The translations under genes and the position numbers were made by a program. Below are positions 51,749 through 64,000 of a stretch of 64,000 nt of DNA, in pieces (the stretch's first letter is position 1; each line of letters opens with the position of its first letter). Source of the stretch: Scyliorhinus canicula (lineage: Eukaryota); assembly GCF_902713615.1 (NCBI RefSeq), contig NC_052176.1, positions 11,608,243-11,672,242 on the forward strand, read 5' to 3'. The notes below the pieces were generated by a model. It ran no database searches and was not told the origin of the DNA. It was given only the letters and a program-made list of their open reading frames with translations.

Positions 51749-52630
51749 CTACCGTCAGTGTATAGGTCCCTGACTGTCAGTGTCCTCCCCATCCTGTCTC
51801 CACCTACCATCAGTGTATAGGTCCCTGACTGTCAGTGTCCTCCCCATCCTGTCTCCACCTACCATCAGTGTATAGGTCCCTGACTGTCAGTGTCCTCCCC
51901 ATCCTGTCTCCACCTACCGTCAGTGTATAGGTCCCTGACTGTCAATGTCCTCCCCATCCTGTCTCCACCTACCGTCAGTGTAAAGGTCCCTGACTGTCAA
52001 TGTCCTCCCCATCCTGTCTCCACCTACCGTCAGTGTATAGGTCCCTGACTGTCAGTGTCCTCCCCATCCTGTCTCCACCTACCGTCAGTGTATAGGTCCC
52101 TGACTGTCAATGTCCTCCCCATCCTGTCTCCACCTACCGTCAGTGTATAGGTCCCTGACTGTCAGTGTCCTCCCCATCCTGTCTCCACCTACCGTCAGTG
52201 TATAGGTCCCTGATTGTCAATGTCCTCCCCATCCTGTCTCCACCTACCGTCAGTGTATAGGTCCCTGATTGTCAATGTCCTCCCCATCCTGTCTCCCCCC
52301 ACCGTCAGTGTATAGGTCCCTGACTGTCAATGTCCTCCCCATCCTGTCTCCACCTACCGTCAGTGTATAGGTCCCTGACTGTCAATGTCCTCCCCATCCT
52401 GTCTCCACCTACCGTCAGTGTATAGGTCCCTGACTGTCAATGTCCTCCCCATCCTGTCTCCACCTACCGTCAGTGTATAGGTCCCTGACTGTCAATGTCC
52501 TCCCCATCCTGTCTCCACCTACCGTCAGTGTATAGGTCCCTGACTGTCAATGTCCTCCCCATCCTGTCTCCACCTACCGTCAGTGTATAGGTCCCTGACT
52601 GTCAATGTCCTCCCCATCCTGTCTCCACCT
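51749..52630. repeat. 55-bp tandem repeat (about 16 copies) expanded from L1 ORF2 sequence
   Basis: CGTCAGTGTATAGGTCCCTGACTGTCAATGTCCTCCCCATCCTGTCTCCACCTAC; the unit encodes L1 LTVRDLYTDG and L1 continues on both sides. Confidence 0.95.
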
Positions 52631-53895
52631 TTTGAAGGTGGCGTCGGTGAGTGCTGGTGTGAACCTGTGGTTATTCCACATGGGGCTTTGTCAGATATTT
52701 TGGTCAGCCCGAATTGCTGCCGCAGTTGGTTCCACGTCTGGAGGGTGGCTATCACCACTGGGCTGCTGGAGTGTTTCTTGGGCGGGGATGGGAGAGCCGC
52801 CGTGGCGAGGGCCCGGAGGGAGGTCCCCTTGAGGGGGCCTCCTCTGCGCACATCCACTCAGCTTCTGTCCCCTTTGTCCATCCCATTTCTCTTTCCGCTA
52901 TCGCTGCCCAGGGTTAGAATTGAAGGTTTGGGAGGGCTAGCACTCCCCTGGATTTTGGTTTCTGTCAGACCTTCTTTGTGATCCTAGCATTCTTTCCCCC
53001 CATGCAAACGCCATGTTTAACTTGTCCAGTGAGTTAAAAAAGGCCTTGGGGATATAGATTGGGATGGATCTAAATCGGAAGAGGTATCTGGGCAGTATGT
53101 TCATTTTGATCGTCGGTATTCTCCCCAGCATGGTGAGTGGGAATGTGTTCCATCTCTGTAGGTCCTTTTTGAGTTCCTCTGCCAGACTGGTCAGGTTCCA
53201 TTTGTGGATCCCTGCCCAGTGATGAGTGATTAGGATCCCCAGGTAGTGGAATTTGTGTTGGGCTTGTTTTAGCGGCAGTCCCACCAGTGCTGCCCCTCCC
53301 CCTTGCCGGTTCACCGGGAAAATCTCACTTTTGCTCATAATGAGTTTGCAGGCAGAGACGGCACCAATCTCTTTCAGGATGCGATGATTCCTTCCATGCT
53401 GCTTTGTGAGTCCGAGATGTAGAGGAGCAGGTCACCTGCATAGAGCGAGACTCCATGCTCTCTGCCTCCTCATTGGAGCCCCCTCCAGTTCACTGCTGTT
53501 TTGAGTGCGACCTGTAATTGTTCGATCGCTGGAGTGAACAGCAGCAGTGACAGCGGGCATCCCTGCCTGGTGCCCTTGTGCAGCTGGAAGTACTGGGAGC
53601 TGGTGTTGTTTCTCCATACGCTCACCATGGGAGTGTTGTACAGGAGCTTCACCCAGGAGGTGAACCCTGGTCCAAACCTGAAACGCTCCTATACCTCTAT
53701 AAGGAACTTCCACTTGACTCTGTCGAAGGCCTTTTCTGCGTCCAGGGAAACTATTATCTTAGGTGCTCTGTCCCCGGATGGGGTCATGATCACGTTCAGC
53801 AGGCGCCTGATGTTCAATGTTAGCTGTCTACCTTTGACAAAGCCCATTTGATCCTGTGCGACCAGCTCTGGTACGCAGTCTTCTCGTCTTTTTTT

Positions 53896-54228
53896 TAGAA
53901 CAGTACAGCACAGAACAGGCCCTTCGGCCCTCGATGTTGTGCCGCGCAATGATCACCCTACTCAAGCCCACGTATCCACCCTATACCAGTAACCCAACAA
54001 CCCCCATTAACCTTATTTTTTAGGACACTAAGGGCAATTTAGCCTGGCCAATCCACCTAACCCGCACATCTTTGGACTGTGGGAGGAAACCGGAGCACCC
54101 GGAGGAAACCCACGCACACACGGGGAGGACGTGCAGACTCCACACAGACAGTGACCCAGCCGGGAATCGAACCTGGGACCCTGGAGCTGTGAAGCATTGA
54201 TGCTAACCAGCATGCTACCGTGCTGCCC
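53896..54228 (-). mobile_element. HE1-like SINE inserted in the L1 RT
   Basis: Full length; inserted in a T-run. Confidence 0.9.
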
Positions 54229-54896
54229 ACTTTTTGGCCAGGATCTTGGCCAATATTTTTGTATCTTCGTTCAGTAGTGAGATGGGTCTGTATGAATCGT
54301 ATTCAGTCGGGTCTTTCTTAGCTATTAGCGAGATTGAGGCTTGTGCTGGCATAGGTGGCAGTCTGCCCCTTGCCAGCGAGTCTGTGAACATCTCCCGCAG
54401 CTGTGGGGCCAGTGCTGTTGCAAATGTTTTGTAGAAGTCCGCCAGGAACCCATCTGGCTGCCTTCCCCGCCTGCATGGAGCTTATACTCCATGTCCTCTC
54501 CCAGTTCTAGCGGTGCTCCCAGGCCCCATTTACTGTCCTCCCCCACGACTGGCATGTCTAGTCTATCAAGGAACGGTTTCACCCCCGAGCCCCCTGTTGG
54601 GGGATCTGAGGTGTACAGTCCCCAGTCAAAGTCCTCGAAGGTCCTGTTAACCTTGTCTGGGTCTGTTTCTAATGTGCCTCTGTTGTCCCTAATTTGTGCG
54701 CTTTGTCCCCGTGTTTGTGTAGGGTTCCCCGTGCCTGGCGGAGTTGGTTCACTGCTTTCCTCGTGGAGAGCAGGTCAAAGTCCATTTGTAGCTTTTTCCT
54801 TTCCGCTAAGAGCTCTGCTGTTGGGGCCACCTGCTGCCGAGCCTCTCTCTCCTCTCTATCCCTTCGCACTTTAAAGGCAATCATTTCCCCTCTATT

Positions 54897-55127
54897 TTGA
54901 ATTTAGAGTACCCAACACATTTTTAATTTTATTTTTCAAATTAAGGGGCAATTTAGCGTGGGCAATCCACCTGGCTTGCACATCTTTGGGTTGTGGGGGC
55001 GAAACCCACGCAAACACGGGGAGAATGTGCAAACTCCACACTGACAGTGACCCAGATCCGAGATCGAACCTGGGACCTCGGCGCAAGTGAGGCTGCAGTG
55101 CTAACCCACTGTGCCACCATTCTGCCC
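54897..55127 (-). mobile_element. HE1-related SINE inserted in the L1
   Basis: tRNA-like head and core; flanked by ATTTCCCCTCTA on both sides (TSD). Confidence 0.8.
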
Positions 55128-58100
55128 AATTTCCCCTCTAATCACGGCCTTTAGCGCCTCCCAGAACGTGGAGGATGAAACCCCCACCATCTTGTTTGTT
55201 GTCTACTCCGCTATGGCCTGCGATACCCTCTCGCTGAAGTCCTTGTAGGGCAGTGTCCAACCTCCATGTGGGGCGTTGGGTGCTGCCTGTCTCTAAACTC
55301 ATGTCCATATAATGTGGAACGTGGTCGGAGATTCCGCTTGTGGAGTACTCTGCCTTGACCAGCCCTGGGAGCACCCATTTTTCGACCACAAAGAAGTCAA
55401 TCCTCGAGTATATTAGTGGACTGGGGAGAAGAAGGAGAACTCCTCTGCCCTGGGCGGATGATCCTCCATGGGTCCACTGTCCCCATCTGCCCCATGAAGT
55501 GACCGGGTTCCTTTTCCATCTTCCAAGATGTTCCCCATTCTGGGGTTTGACCTCTCTGTCCTTGGGTCCTGTACACAGTAAAAGTCCCCCCACCCCCCAC
55601 CATGATCAATCGGTGCGTCGCTATGTAGGGTATTCCCACCATGGTCTTTTCAATCCATTTTGCGTTGTCCCAGTTGGGAGCGTACACATTGACATTACTA
55701 CCGCTGCGCCATCCAGCCATGACGGACCATCCCCTTGGGTCCATTACCGTCTTTGTCGCCTTAAACATCGTCCTGTTCTTTAACAGAATCACTACCCCCT
55801 GCCACTCATCCCATAGCAGGAACGGTAAGTCTGTCCCACCCAGCCCTTCCTTACCTGCTGCCTGTGCTGGTCTCTCGGGTGTCTGTCTTGGAGGATAACT
55901 ATGTCGGCCCTCATGCTTCTTCGGTGGATGAAGACTCTGGATCTTTTCACTGGGCCGTTATGTCCCTGACATTCCGGGTGGCTATTCTGGTGGGGATTTT
56001 TGTCCCCCTGCTCCTGTGGGATTAACCATACTTACCTGGTGGATGCGCCCCTGCACTCCGGGGTTTCCCTTTGTCCAGGGGGCACCCAGCACGGCTGCCA
56101 ACAGTGCGTCTGCCACATAGTTAGGCCCCTGTACTCCAGGGTCTCCCTTCGCCCAGAGACTGTACTGGAGACCGTTCTGCGGTGCTCCTTTGTTGCGGGC
56201 CCCTGGTTGCAGCCCTATGTAGCCATATTATCCATTTTGCTCCATTCCTGTCCCTTTCCCCATAACCCCCCCTTCCCCTCCCCCTCTGTCCCTCTTCCCC
56301 CAGCTCTTTTTCCCCTATACTTCTCCGTCCCTGCTGTTTGTTCCCACTCCCCCTGCCAGGCACTGCCCCCCCCCCCCTGTTGGAAGACAGCCACGGCCTC
56401 TATCTGCTGCATGTTCCCGGCGTTAGCTCTCCCGCTAGTGTGCTGACCCTCCTCCCGGGAGTTACTGTCCCGCTGTCCTCCCACCCAATCTCTGTGGTTT
56501 CTGTATGTTCTTTCCACATCATGCCCGACACTTGGTCCTCTGCCTTTTGCCCTTGTCTGTACGTATGTACCAGCCTCCCCGGACAGGCGCCGGAATGTGG
56601 CGACTGGGGTCTTTTCACAGTAACTTCATTGAAGCCTAATCGTGACAATAAGCGATTTTCATTTTCATTTCATTTCTTTCCATGTGGCCACCATCTTCCA
56701 TCTCCAGCGGTCACTCAGATGGCGGCTCATAGTTCGGCAAGTCGGTTGTGTTGTGTGTGTGTGTGTGGGGGGGGGGGGGGTGGTGGAGGGGGTGAGGTTC
56801 CTCCCCCCCCCCCCCCCTTGTTGGTTTGCGTTGCCGCTCTTTGCCGGGACACTTCCCCCGCCTCTCCTGTTGTCGCTGCCCCAGCCCGCAGTCTGCAACA
56901 AACTGATCTGCTTCAGGCAGGGCCATAAAAAATGGTCATTGCCCTGGTATGTGACCCAGAGCTTCGCTGGATATAACATTCTTAAGTGTTCGCCGCTTTC
57001 GTACAGCGCTGCCTTCGCCCTGTTAAATCCAGCTCTGCACGTGGCCAGGTCAGCCCCAATGTCCTGATAAATTCAGAGTCTGTGTCCTTCCCAATTGCAG
57101 TTCCTGGACTGCCTGGCCCAGAGCAGGATTCTTTCCCAGTGCTGGTATTGCTGTACTTTGGCTTTGATGGCATTTGGTTATTCCCCAGCCTTGGGATTCG
57201 GTCGCAGCGACTGGTGATCCCTGTCTATTTCTGGTGGGTTTGGGAAGATCACCCTTCCCACCAGGTTGCCCAGTATTTGGGCCATGTAGTCCGTGGGCTC
57301 TTTGCCTTCGGTTCCTTCTGGTTGGCCCACGATTCACAGGTTCTGCCTCCTGGACTGAGTTTCCTGGTCCTTGACCTTCCCACTCAGGTTACCCTGCGCT
57401 GCGACCAGTCTCTCCACCTCCTTTTCCAGAGCCACCATCGGTGGGTTTGGTCGGTTGCGGCTCTCTCAAGGCCTTTGATGGTGGCTTCCTGAGCCTCCAG
57501 TTTCTTTTCGGCCCTGCTCAGAGCTATCTGTATTTGCAGCAGAGTTTCAGCAAATGCCTCTTTCATCGCGGCCTGTATGTCAGTTTGAATTTCTTGATGA
57601 TGCTCTTTCAGTGCCTCTGAGAGGGATGCCACCGTCCAGTTCCCTCCCAGTGAGGGAGGGGTTTGTACTTGGCTGTTCCGCCTTTTTTGCTCCGGCTTGT
57701 GCTCCGCTGCCTCGTGCGCTGGTCCCCAATCCGATTGCCTCCGCTCCAGATCCCTTCCACGTCTGGTCCCCGTGCAGCTTCTGGCCTGGCCTTTTCCCAT
57801 CATTTTATTTCTCCTCCTTTTGTCTCCCGTGTTCTTCACATTTGGGGAACAGATCAGTGGTAGGTTTGGCAAGTTTTTATTGATAAAAGGGTGATTGTTT
57901 CACGGTGCTGTGGGAGGAGAGCGAGAAAAAGAGAAAAAAAAGGGGGAGAGAGAGAAAAAATGGAAGAAAAGAAAGAAAAAAGAAGAGAGCCCCCTAAGAA
58001 ACAAACAAAAAGGAGAAGAGAACTGAGAAAACAAAATCCCCGATGAAAAAAACTGAGATCTGCTCCAAACGGGCTGACAAGCCCGAAGTGCCGGTACCTG

Positions 58101-58694
58101 CGCGGGAGGCCACCCACGATGCAGTGGGCAATCACCCCAGCCCCGCAGAGAGAGAAAAGGAAAAATAAACCCCCGAGAAATGGAAAAATAAGCCAACAAG
58201 ACAAGCAACAAAGAAAACGGAGGAAGTCAAGACCATGGGGAGAGAGATCCCATGAGAGAGAGGGGGAGAGAGAAATAAAGACCCACGGGAGGAGACAACA
58301 AGAGAGGAAAAAAAACACCTCCAAAAAGACGGAGTTCTCCTTTGATCAGCCCGAACTGCCGGCACCAGTGGAGGAGCCGCCCACGATGCTGGCACTGTGT
58401 CTTCACTTACAATTCTTTAGTCGCTCACACAATAGTTCTTTCTTTTCTTCCCCAGTACTCTGGTAAGTGCCTCCTTATGCCAAGTTCGGAACTTTCCAAA
58501 ATATTTCAATTGTTGCACGTAAAGGTATTTTTGATTGTAGTGGAGAGCCTCCACGTGTGAGCTACCCCCTCTGACCACAGCCCCCCCTGTGTTTAGACAC
58601 TTAACTCATTTTACAAATTCTCTCATTTCACACATTCACAGGTTTACACACTCCCCTTGTTTTGCACACTCTCCTTGTTTTACACAGTCCTATA

Positions 58695-59014
58695 ACATAG
58701 AACATAGAACAGCACAGAACAGGCCCTTCAGCCCTCGATGTTGTGCCGAGGAATGATCACCCCACTTAAACCCACGTAACCCGTAACCCAACAATCCCCC
58801 CATTAACCTTACACTACGGGCAATTTAGCATGGCCAATCCACCTAACCCGCACATCTTTGGACTGTGGGAGGAAACCGGAGCACCCGGAGGAAACCCACG
58901 CACACACGGGGAGGACGTGCAGACTCCACACAGACAGTGACCCAGCCGGGAATCGAACCTGGGACCCTGGAGCTGTGAAGCATTGATGCTAACCACCATG
59001 CTACCGTGAGGCCC
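58695..59014 (-). mobile_element. Young HE1-like SINE
   Basis: Absent from the paralogous site near 6420. Confidence 0.9.
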
Positions 59015-60189
59015 CATAAGTTACACATTATCCTGGTTAACACACTCATCTGCTTAATACACTCCCCTGTTCCACACACCATCCTGGTTTACACATTTCC
59101 AATAGTTAACACGCTCCCCAAGTTTACCCACTTTTCTGTTATGCTTGGCTTTACACACTCCCCTCGTTTTACACACACTCCAAGTTTACACATTCCCCGC
59201 TTTTCACACTCACCTGTTGTCCACACTCTCCTGCTTTTAAACACTCCCTGGGTTACATTCACCACTAATTTTACACACGCTCCTGGATTTAAACTCCCCT
59301 GGTTTTACCCAATCCACGATATGCACACACCCATTTTATGTAATTGCTGCTTTTACACAATCTCCCTTAAACACACTTACACACCTGGTATTACACCCTC
59401 CAATTCTAAAGAATCACACAATCATTGGGGTTTATACATTGCCCGGCTTTACACACTTCATTGCTTTTGCACACTCCTGGTTCACACACGCCCAGGTTGC
59501 ACAATCATTTGCTTTTTCACACTTCTCTTGTTAACACACTTACACCCGTGGCTTTACACGCTCCATTGGTTGTACACATGTCCCTGGCTTTACACATTCC
59601 CAGTTTACATAATTCTATTATACTATTACCAGCAAAATCCATCTCCATCACTGTGCCATAGACAGTCTCGGTGCTTGATGAAGTTCATGCTTATGTCATT
59701 GATGCAGCCCATATGTTACAAATACGAACATTCATAACTTAAGCAGAATGGGAAAGGCAGCTTCAGACATAAGGACACGGCCAGGTCTCATGGTACAAGA
59801 AGAGACTGAAAGCAATGACACACATTGTAAGAATTGCAATTGGTAAACGTGCAGGAACTGAATAAGAATTTTAAAATCCAGCTTTGACAATTTGTCATGG
59901 TGCCCATTACAGAGAAAGTGCTGCAAGCTGCTCAGAACTGGGTGTCAACTATTCAAGTGGAGACTGGAGAAGCTGAGTTCTTTCACAAGAGTATTAGATT
60001 TGTTCAGAGATTGTGTTGACTATGAGAGCGCAATAAGGAAGATTTTAATGTTTTTTTACCCGTACAATATGTCCCACACCAACACGATGAGAAGCCTTGA
60101 TATATTTGGTATTGAGATATTGAGTCAGATGTGCTTCATATTCGAACAAGGGAACAATTAAATCAAATCTATCATAATATAATGGAATT

Positions 60190-60885
60190 ATGTAAACTGG
60201 GAATGTGCAAAGCCAGGGAAGTGTACAACCACTGCTGCGTGTAAAATCAGGTGTGTAAGTGTGTTAATGAGGGGAGTGTATAAAAACAGGTGATTGTGCA
60301 ACCTGGGGGTGTGTGTAAAACAGTGGAGTGTGTAAAGCATTGGAGTGTGCAAACCCAGTGATTGTGCAATGCAGATGTCTATAAAACTGGAGGGTGTAAA
60401 GCCAGGGGTGGGTGAAAACCAAAGGTAAAGTGTGTTTCAGTATGGATTGTGTAAAAGCAGGGAATTGGTCAATATGAGTGTGTGAAAATCAGTGGAATGT
60501 TTAAGAGTATGTAAAATTAGTGTGTGTGCAAAGCAGGAGTGTGTGTAAAACCAGGGGGTGGGTAAAGCCAGTCGAGTGTGCACAATTATCAAGTGTGTAA
60601 ACTTGGAGAGTGTGGTACCCAGGTGGGTGTAAATGTGCAGCGTGTATAAAACCAGGAGAGAGTGTAAATCCTGGGAGAACAGAGGAGTGGGTACACCTGG
60701 GGTGTGTGATACCCAGGGATGTAACTAGCGGTGTGCATAAATCCAGGGAGAGTGTAAAACTTGGTATATCAGAGGAATGTGTAAACCAGGGAAGTGCGCG
60801 AAGCAGGAGAGTGCGCGAAGCAGGAGAGTGCGCGGACCAGGAGAGTGCGCGAAGCAGGGCAGTGTGCGTGCCAGGAGAGTGTGTC
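60190..60885 (-). repeat. Degenerate 17-bp motif array, reverse orientation
   Basis: GTGTGTAAAACCAGGGG and GTGCGCGAAGCAGGAGA units directly upstream of cassette F. Confidence 0.7.
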
Positions 60886-60894
60886 CAAATCGAA

Positions 60895-61320
60895 TTCACT
60901 TTCAAATTGTAAAGGGGTGAAAATGAAGTGAATCAGTGAAATGTTAGTTTGCAGAAAGTGAGAGTTTGAGGTGCTGAATGGCAGTGTAATAACAAACAAG
61001 CTGCAGGCAATGGCTGCAAATTGAATATTTCATTGGGACAAACACACAGCTACAAAGGTGATTGGGTGAGCCCTGGGGCGCAGGGCCACTTGCACCCACA
61101 CACACACAGTCCCCCCAACACGGGCTCTATCGGAGGTTTTGCTCCAAATGTGATGACAGTGAAATGGGGAATATTCCCATTGATTCTCAATGCTGGATTG
61201 CTGTGGGGATCTGCGCATGCTCGGGGTAGCCCCGCCCCTGCCTGTCGGCCTGAGGCTGAGTGTGCAGGTGCAGTCCCTCCCCCACACTGTCTCTCAGCTC
61301 CATTGAGCCAGTGAGCGGAA
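60895..61320 (+). repeat. Cassette copy F: core joined to a different downstream region
   Basis: Core matches 2260-2570; sequence after about 61250 diverges; donor-like GTAAGT near 61689. Confidence 0.85.
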
Positions 61321-63034
61321 TGGGCTTTCATTCAGCAGCGGTCGGAGACATCACTGCCCCACAGGGAAGTGAACAAACAGCATCTGTTCACAGCAGCGCA
61401 TGGCTTTAGAATGGCGGCTGCCCATTGCCTCAGAGAATGGCATTGAGCGCCGGGCCGGACAATCAGGCGGAGGCAGCCGCTGTTTGGGATCTGCCCCCTG
61501 GAGCAGGAGCTGCTCCCGGAACTGGAGTTAGTGGGAGGGAAGGAGAAGCAATTCTCACCCACTGTGTGGACAGGGGCAAAAGCTCTCGCTGCTGAGGATC
61601 ATTGCTGCTTTCTCTCCCTCAACCAGGCGCCAGCTGAGAAGTGACAAAGTTCTATTTTAAACAGTTTCTGCTTGTTTGCTGTTGCACAGTAAGTTCAAAG
61701 TGAATTGCCAAGAGAAATCTGTCCCTCCCAGAGTTACTGCTCCATCGCATTGTCCAGCTCAAGAAACAGTGCGCGGGATGGACTCTGCGTAAATGTCTGA
61801 AAATTGTTGTAACATCGCTCCAAACACCAGATCAGCAGGAACAGATTGCTGCAGTATTGTGGTGGGCTCACACACTGATGTAATATAATAATCACTTATT
61901 GTCACAAGTGGGCTTCAATTAAGTTACTGTGAAAAGCCACTAGATGTGCCACTGGTTTCGCTTTTATGATTGTTCATTACAATAATTATTGGGAAAAAAT
62001 GCATTGATTCCATTTCTATCTTCCAGCTCACCTATTCTTCCGATATCGGAGTTACGTTTTCTTTATGCACGGAAAACAATGATGGAAACAGATGATACGT
62101 CGACAGAAGGAGAGGTTCAGCGAGCTGGTTCCAGCACACAATAGGTACAGTGTCACTCATACAGCACACAGATACTGCCAGATCATTAGGTCTACAGTCC
62201 AACAAAAATACAATTAGAGACATACACAGATACAAATGTTGCCAGGCAACCTTTCAGTAAATTAGTCAAACAGAGCAGTTAAGAGGGAGGTTGTATTCAT
62301 TCCTCTCCAACCTCGTACACCTGTGAGCTGGACACATCAATCTCGGGGCGAAAGCAACACATCCGTAGATTAAATTGCACGGTATCACATTGGTTAAAAA
62401 TTAAGTAGATTAACTTCAACACATTGTCTCAGATATTCGTTATGTGGCAGTGCAGCAGAATTCCACAGTTGCACACAACACCAGGGACACAGGACAAGAG
62501 ACTGACAAAGGCAGAGTGAAGACAACATTGTTGCACCTTGGAGGAAACTGAATCCAGCAGAGAAAGATACACACATGTTCTCACTTCACCAGAGTAATAC
62601 AGAAACCGAAGAAATCCCTCGCACACAATATCAGAGAATGACAGAGTAATTCCAGAGTAAATCCTGCATTTACACACAATACCACCAGTGACAGATCCAG
62701 AAGGAAAACAGTATCTGTGTACAGTACCAGAGACTGGTGTGTACAGAATGGTTCAGCACCACAGTTACTAAGGCAGAGAATGACGATTGCAATACTAATG
62801 GAAACTTTAGACTCACTTCCAACACTGACATCAATGAGCTGCATATTCATATGTAATTCAGAAACTAGACCACATAATTTATCTCAAATTCACATTCAGT
62901 TTCCATAGGTACACAATTCACCTCATGCCTCCATACAGCACCCTGGATAGACAGCCAAAAATTCAAACTTCCTTCAGATGAAGTGCACTAGCCTGACAGA
63001 TACAGAAGTAAATTTAGTCTCACATTCCAGATTA

Positions 63035-63330
63035 GGGGGTGGCCCAGTGGTTTGAACTGCTGCATCACAGCTCCAGGGACCGAGGTTCAATTCCGGCTTT
63101 GGGTGACTGGTGTTTGCACTTTATCCCTGTGGGTTTCCTCTCACAGTGCAAAGATGTGCAGGTTAGGTGGATAGGTCAGGATAAATTGTCCCTCAGTGTC
63201 TAAAAAAGTTAGGTAGTTACTGGGTTATGGGGATAGGGTGGAGGCTTGGGCCCAGGTAGGTTACTCTTTCCAAGGGTCAGTGCTGGCTCGATGGGCTGAA
63301 TGGCCTACGCCTGCACTGGAGGGATTCTAT
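63035..63330 (+). mobile_element. Old HE1-like SINE
   Basis: Degenerate head, AAAGATGTGCAGGTTAGGTGGAT, CTCGATGGGCTGAATGGCCT tail. Confidence 0.75.
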
Positions 63331-64000
63331 GATTCTGCGACAAGAAAAGGCAGATGGAGAAAATAGCTGACACTGACCGGCATGAACAGATACAGAATAT
63401 ATTCCACACACACATCCAAAACCACAGACTTTCAAATCTAGAATTAAGCCCATTAAACACAGTTCCAGTGAATGGTAGTAAAATAATTAAACTGTAATGT
63501 ATGAGAGACACAGATTGTCTCTGTGTCCACACTCTCAAACTGCCAGGGATTGAAGATCACTGAATGTATCCCACAGTCACACACAATACCTCTGGCTGAC
63601 AGAGAATAGAAACACACTCACAGAGCAGTGCAGAGACTGGGAGGTACAGATTGATAACAACACTCACACACACCAAACAGAGATTGACAAACCACAATTG
63701 ATCTCTCACACATTCAGTTCAGAGACTGACTGATGCAGAGTGAATCCTAAACTCAGACATATCATCAGATTGTCAGATAGAGAATCAATTCCATAATCAC
63801 AAAATGTAAAAAAATGATAGCGCCAGACAGATACGTGAGAAATTTCACTCAAAACATCTGAAGGAACTAGAATTTGCAACACAAATTCAATGGTTGTCTT
63901 CCTATCAGACACAGTCTCATAAAGAATGATGTCTACGGCCATATTCCAGCAAATGGCAGATACAGACAGGTAATTAGTGGATGATGGACTAGTCCAAACG

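Larger units (their letters stand above)
50870..58110 (-). mobile_element. Near full-length decayed L1 LINE (ORF1, APE, RT)
   Basis: ORF1 coiled coil and LYPAKLWVTY; APE NVYAPN, YSRIDFF, SDH, WRLD; RT DQMGFVKGRQ, SLDAEKAFDRVKW, GTRQGCPLS, YADD decayed to YAGD; many frameshifts. Confidence 0.9.

Noticed and set aside
62020-62580. Possible minus-strand exons (donor-like GGTGAG near 62030; hydrophobic Cys-rich 60-aa ORF)
   Set aside because: No recognisable protein family, stops in all frames and no clear acceptor; cannot be supported without a homology search.

Overview
Vertebrate genomic DNA, most likely elasmobranch (shark), inferred from abundant HE1-type V-SINEs and shark-type CR1, Penelope and L1 repeats. 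The window holds a replication-dependent histone cluster of eight intronless genes, each ending in the 16-nt 3' stem-loop: H1(-), H2B(+), H2A(+), H4(-), H4(+), H3(+), H2A(-), H2B(-). The core-histone genes sit at the outer ends of a ~28 kb diverged inverted repeat (~11.4-26.8 kb mirrored by ~27.4-39.6 kb). Its inner part holds two convergent copies of a promoter/spliced-exon-like cassette facing a mirrored motif-spacer satellite, and its centre lies in an assembly gap. H3 is present in one arm only and is bracketed by a ~30-bp direct repeat that is single-copy in the other arm. The cassette occurs six times in the window, often flanked by inverted arrays of a 17-bp motif. Penelope-derived minimal hammerhead ribozyme motifs occur four times; two of them form a 176-bp hairpin between the convergent H3 and H2A 3' ends. 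The rest is decayed LINEs (L1, Tx1, CR1), a hAT remnant, SINEs, minisatellites and segmental duplications. Repeat boundaries, copy counts and identity values are estimates made by eye.
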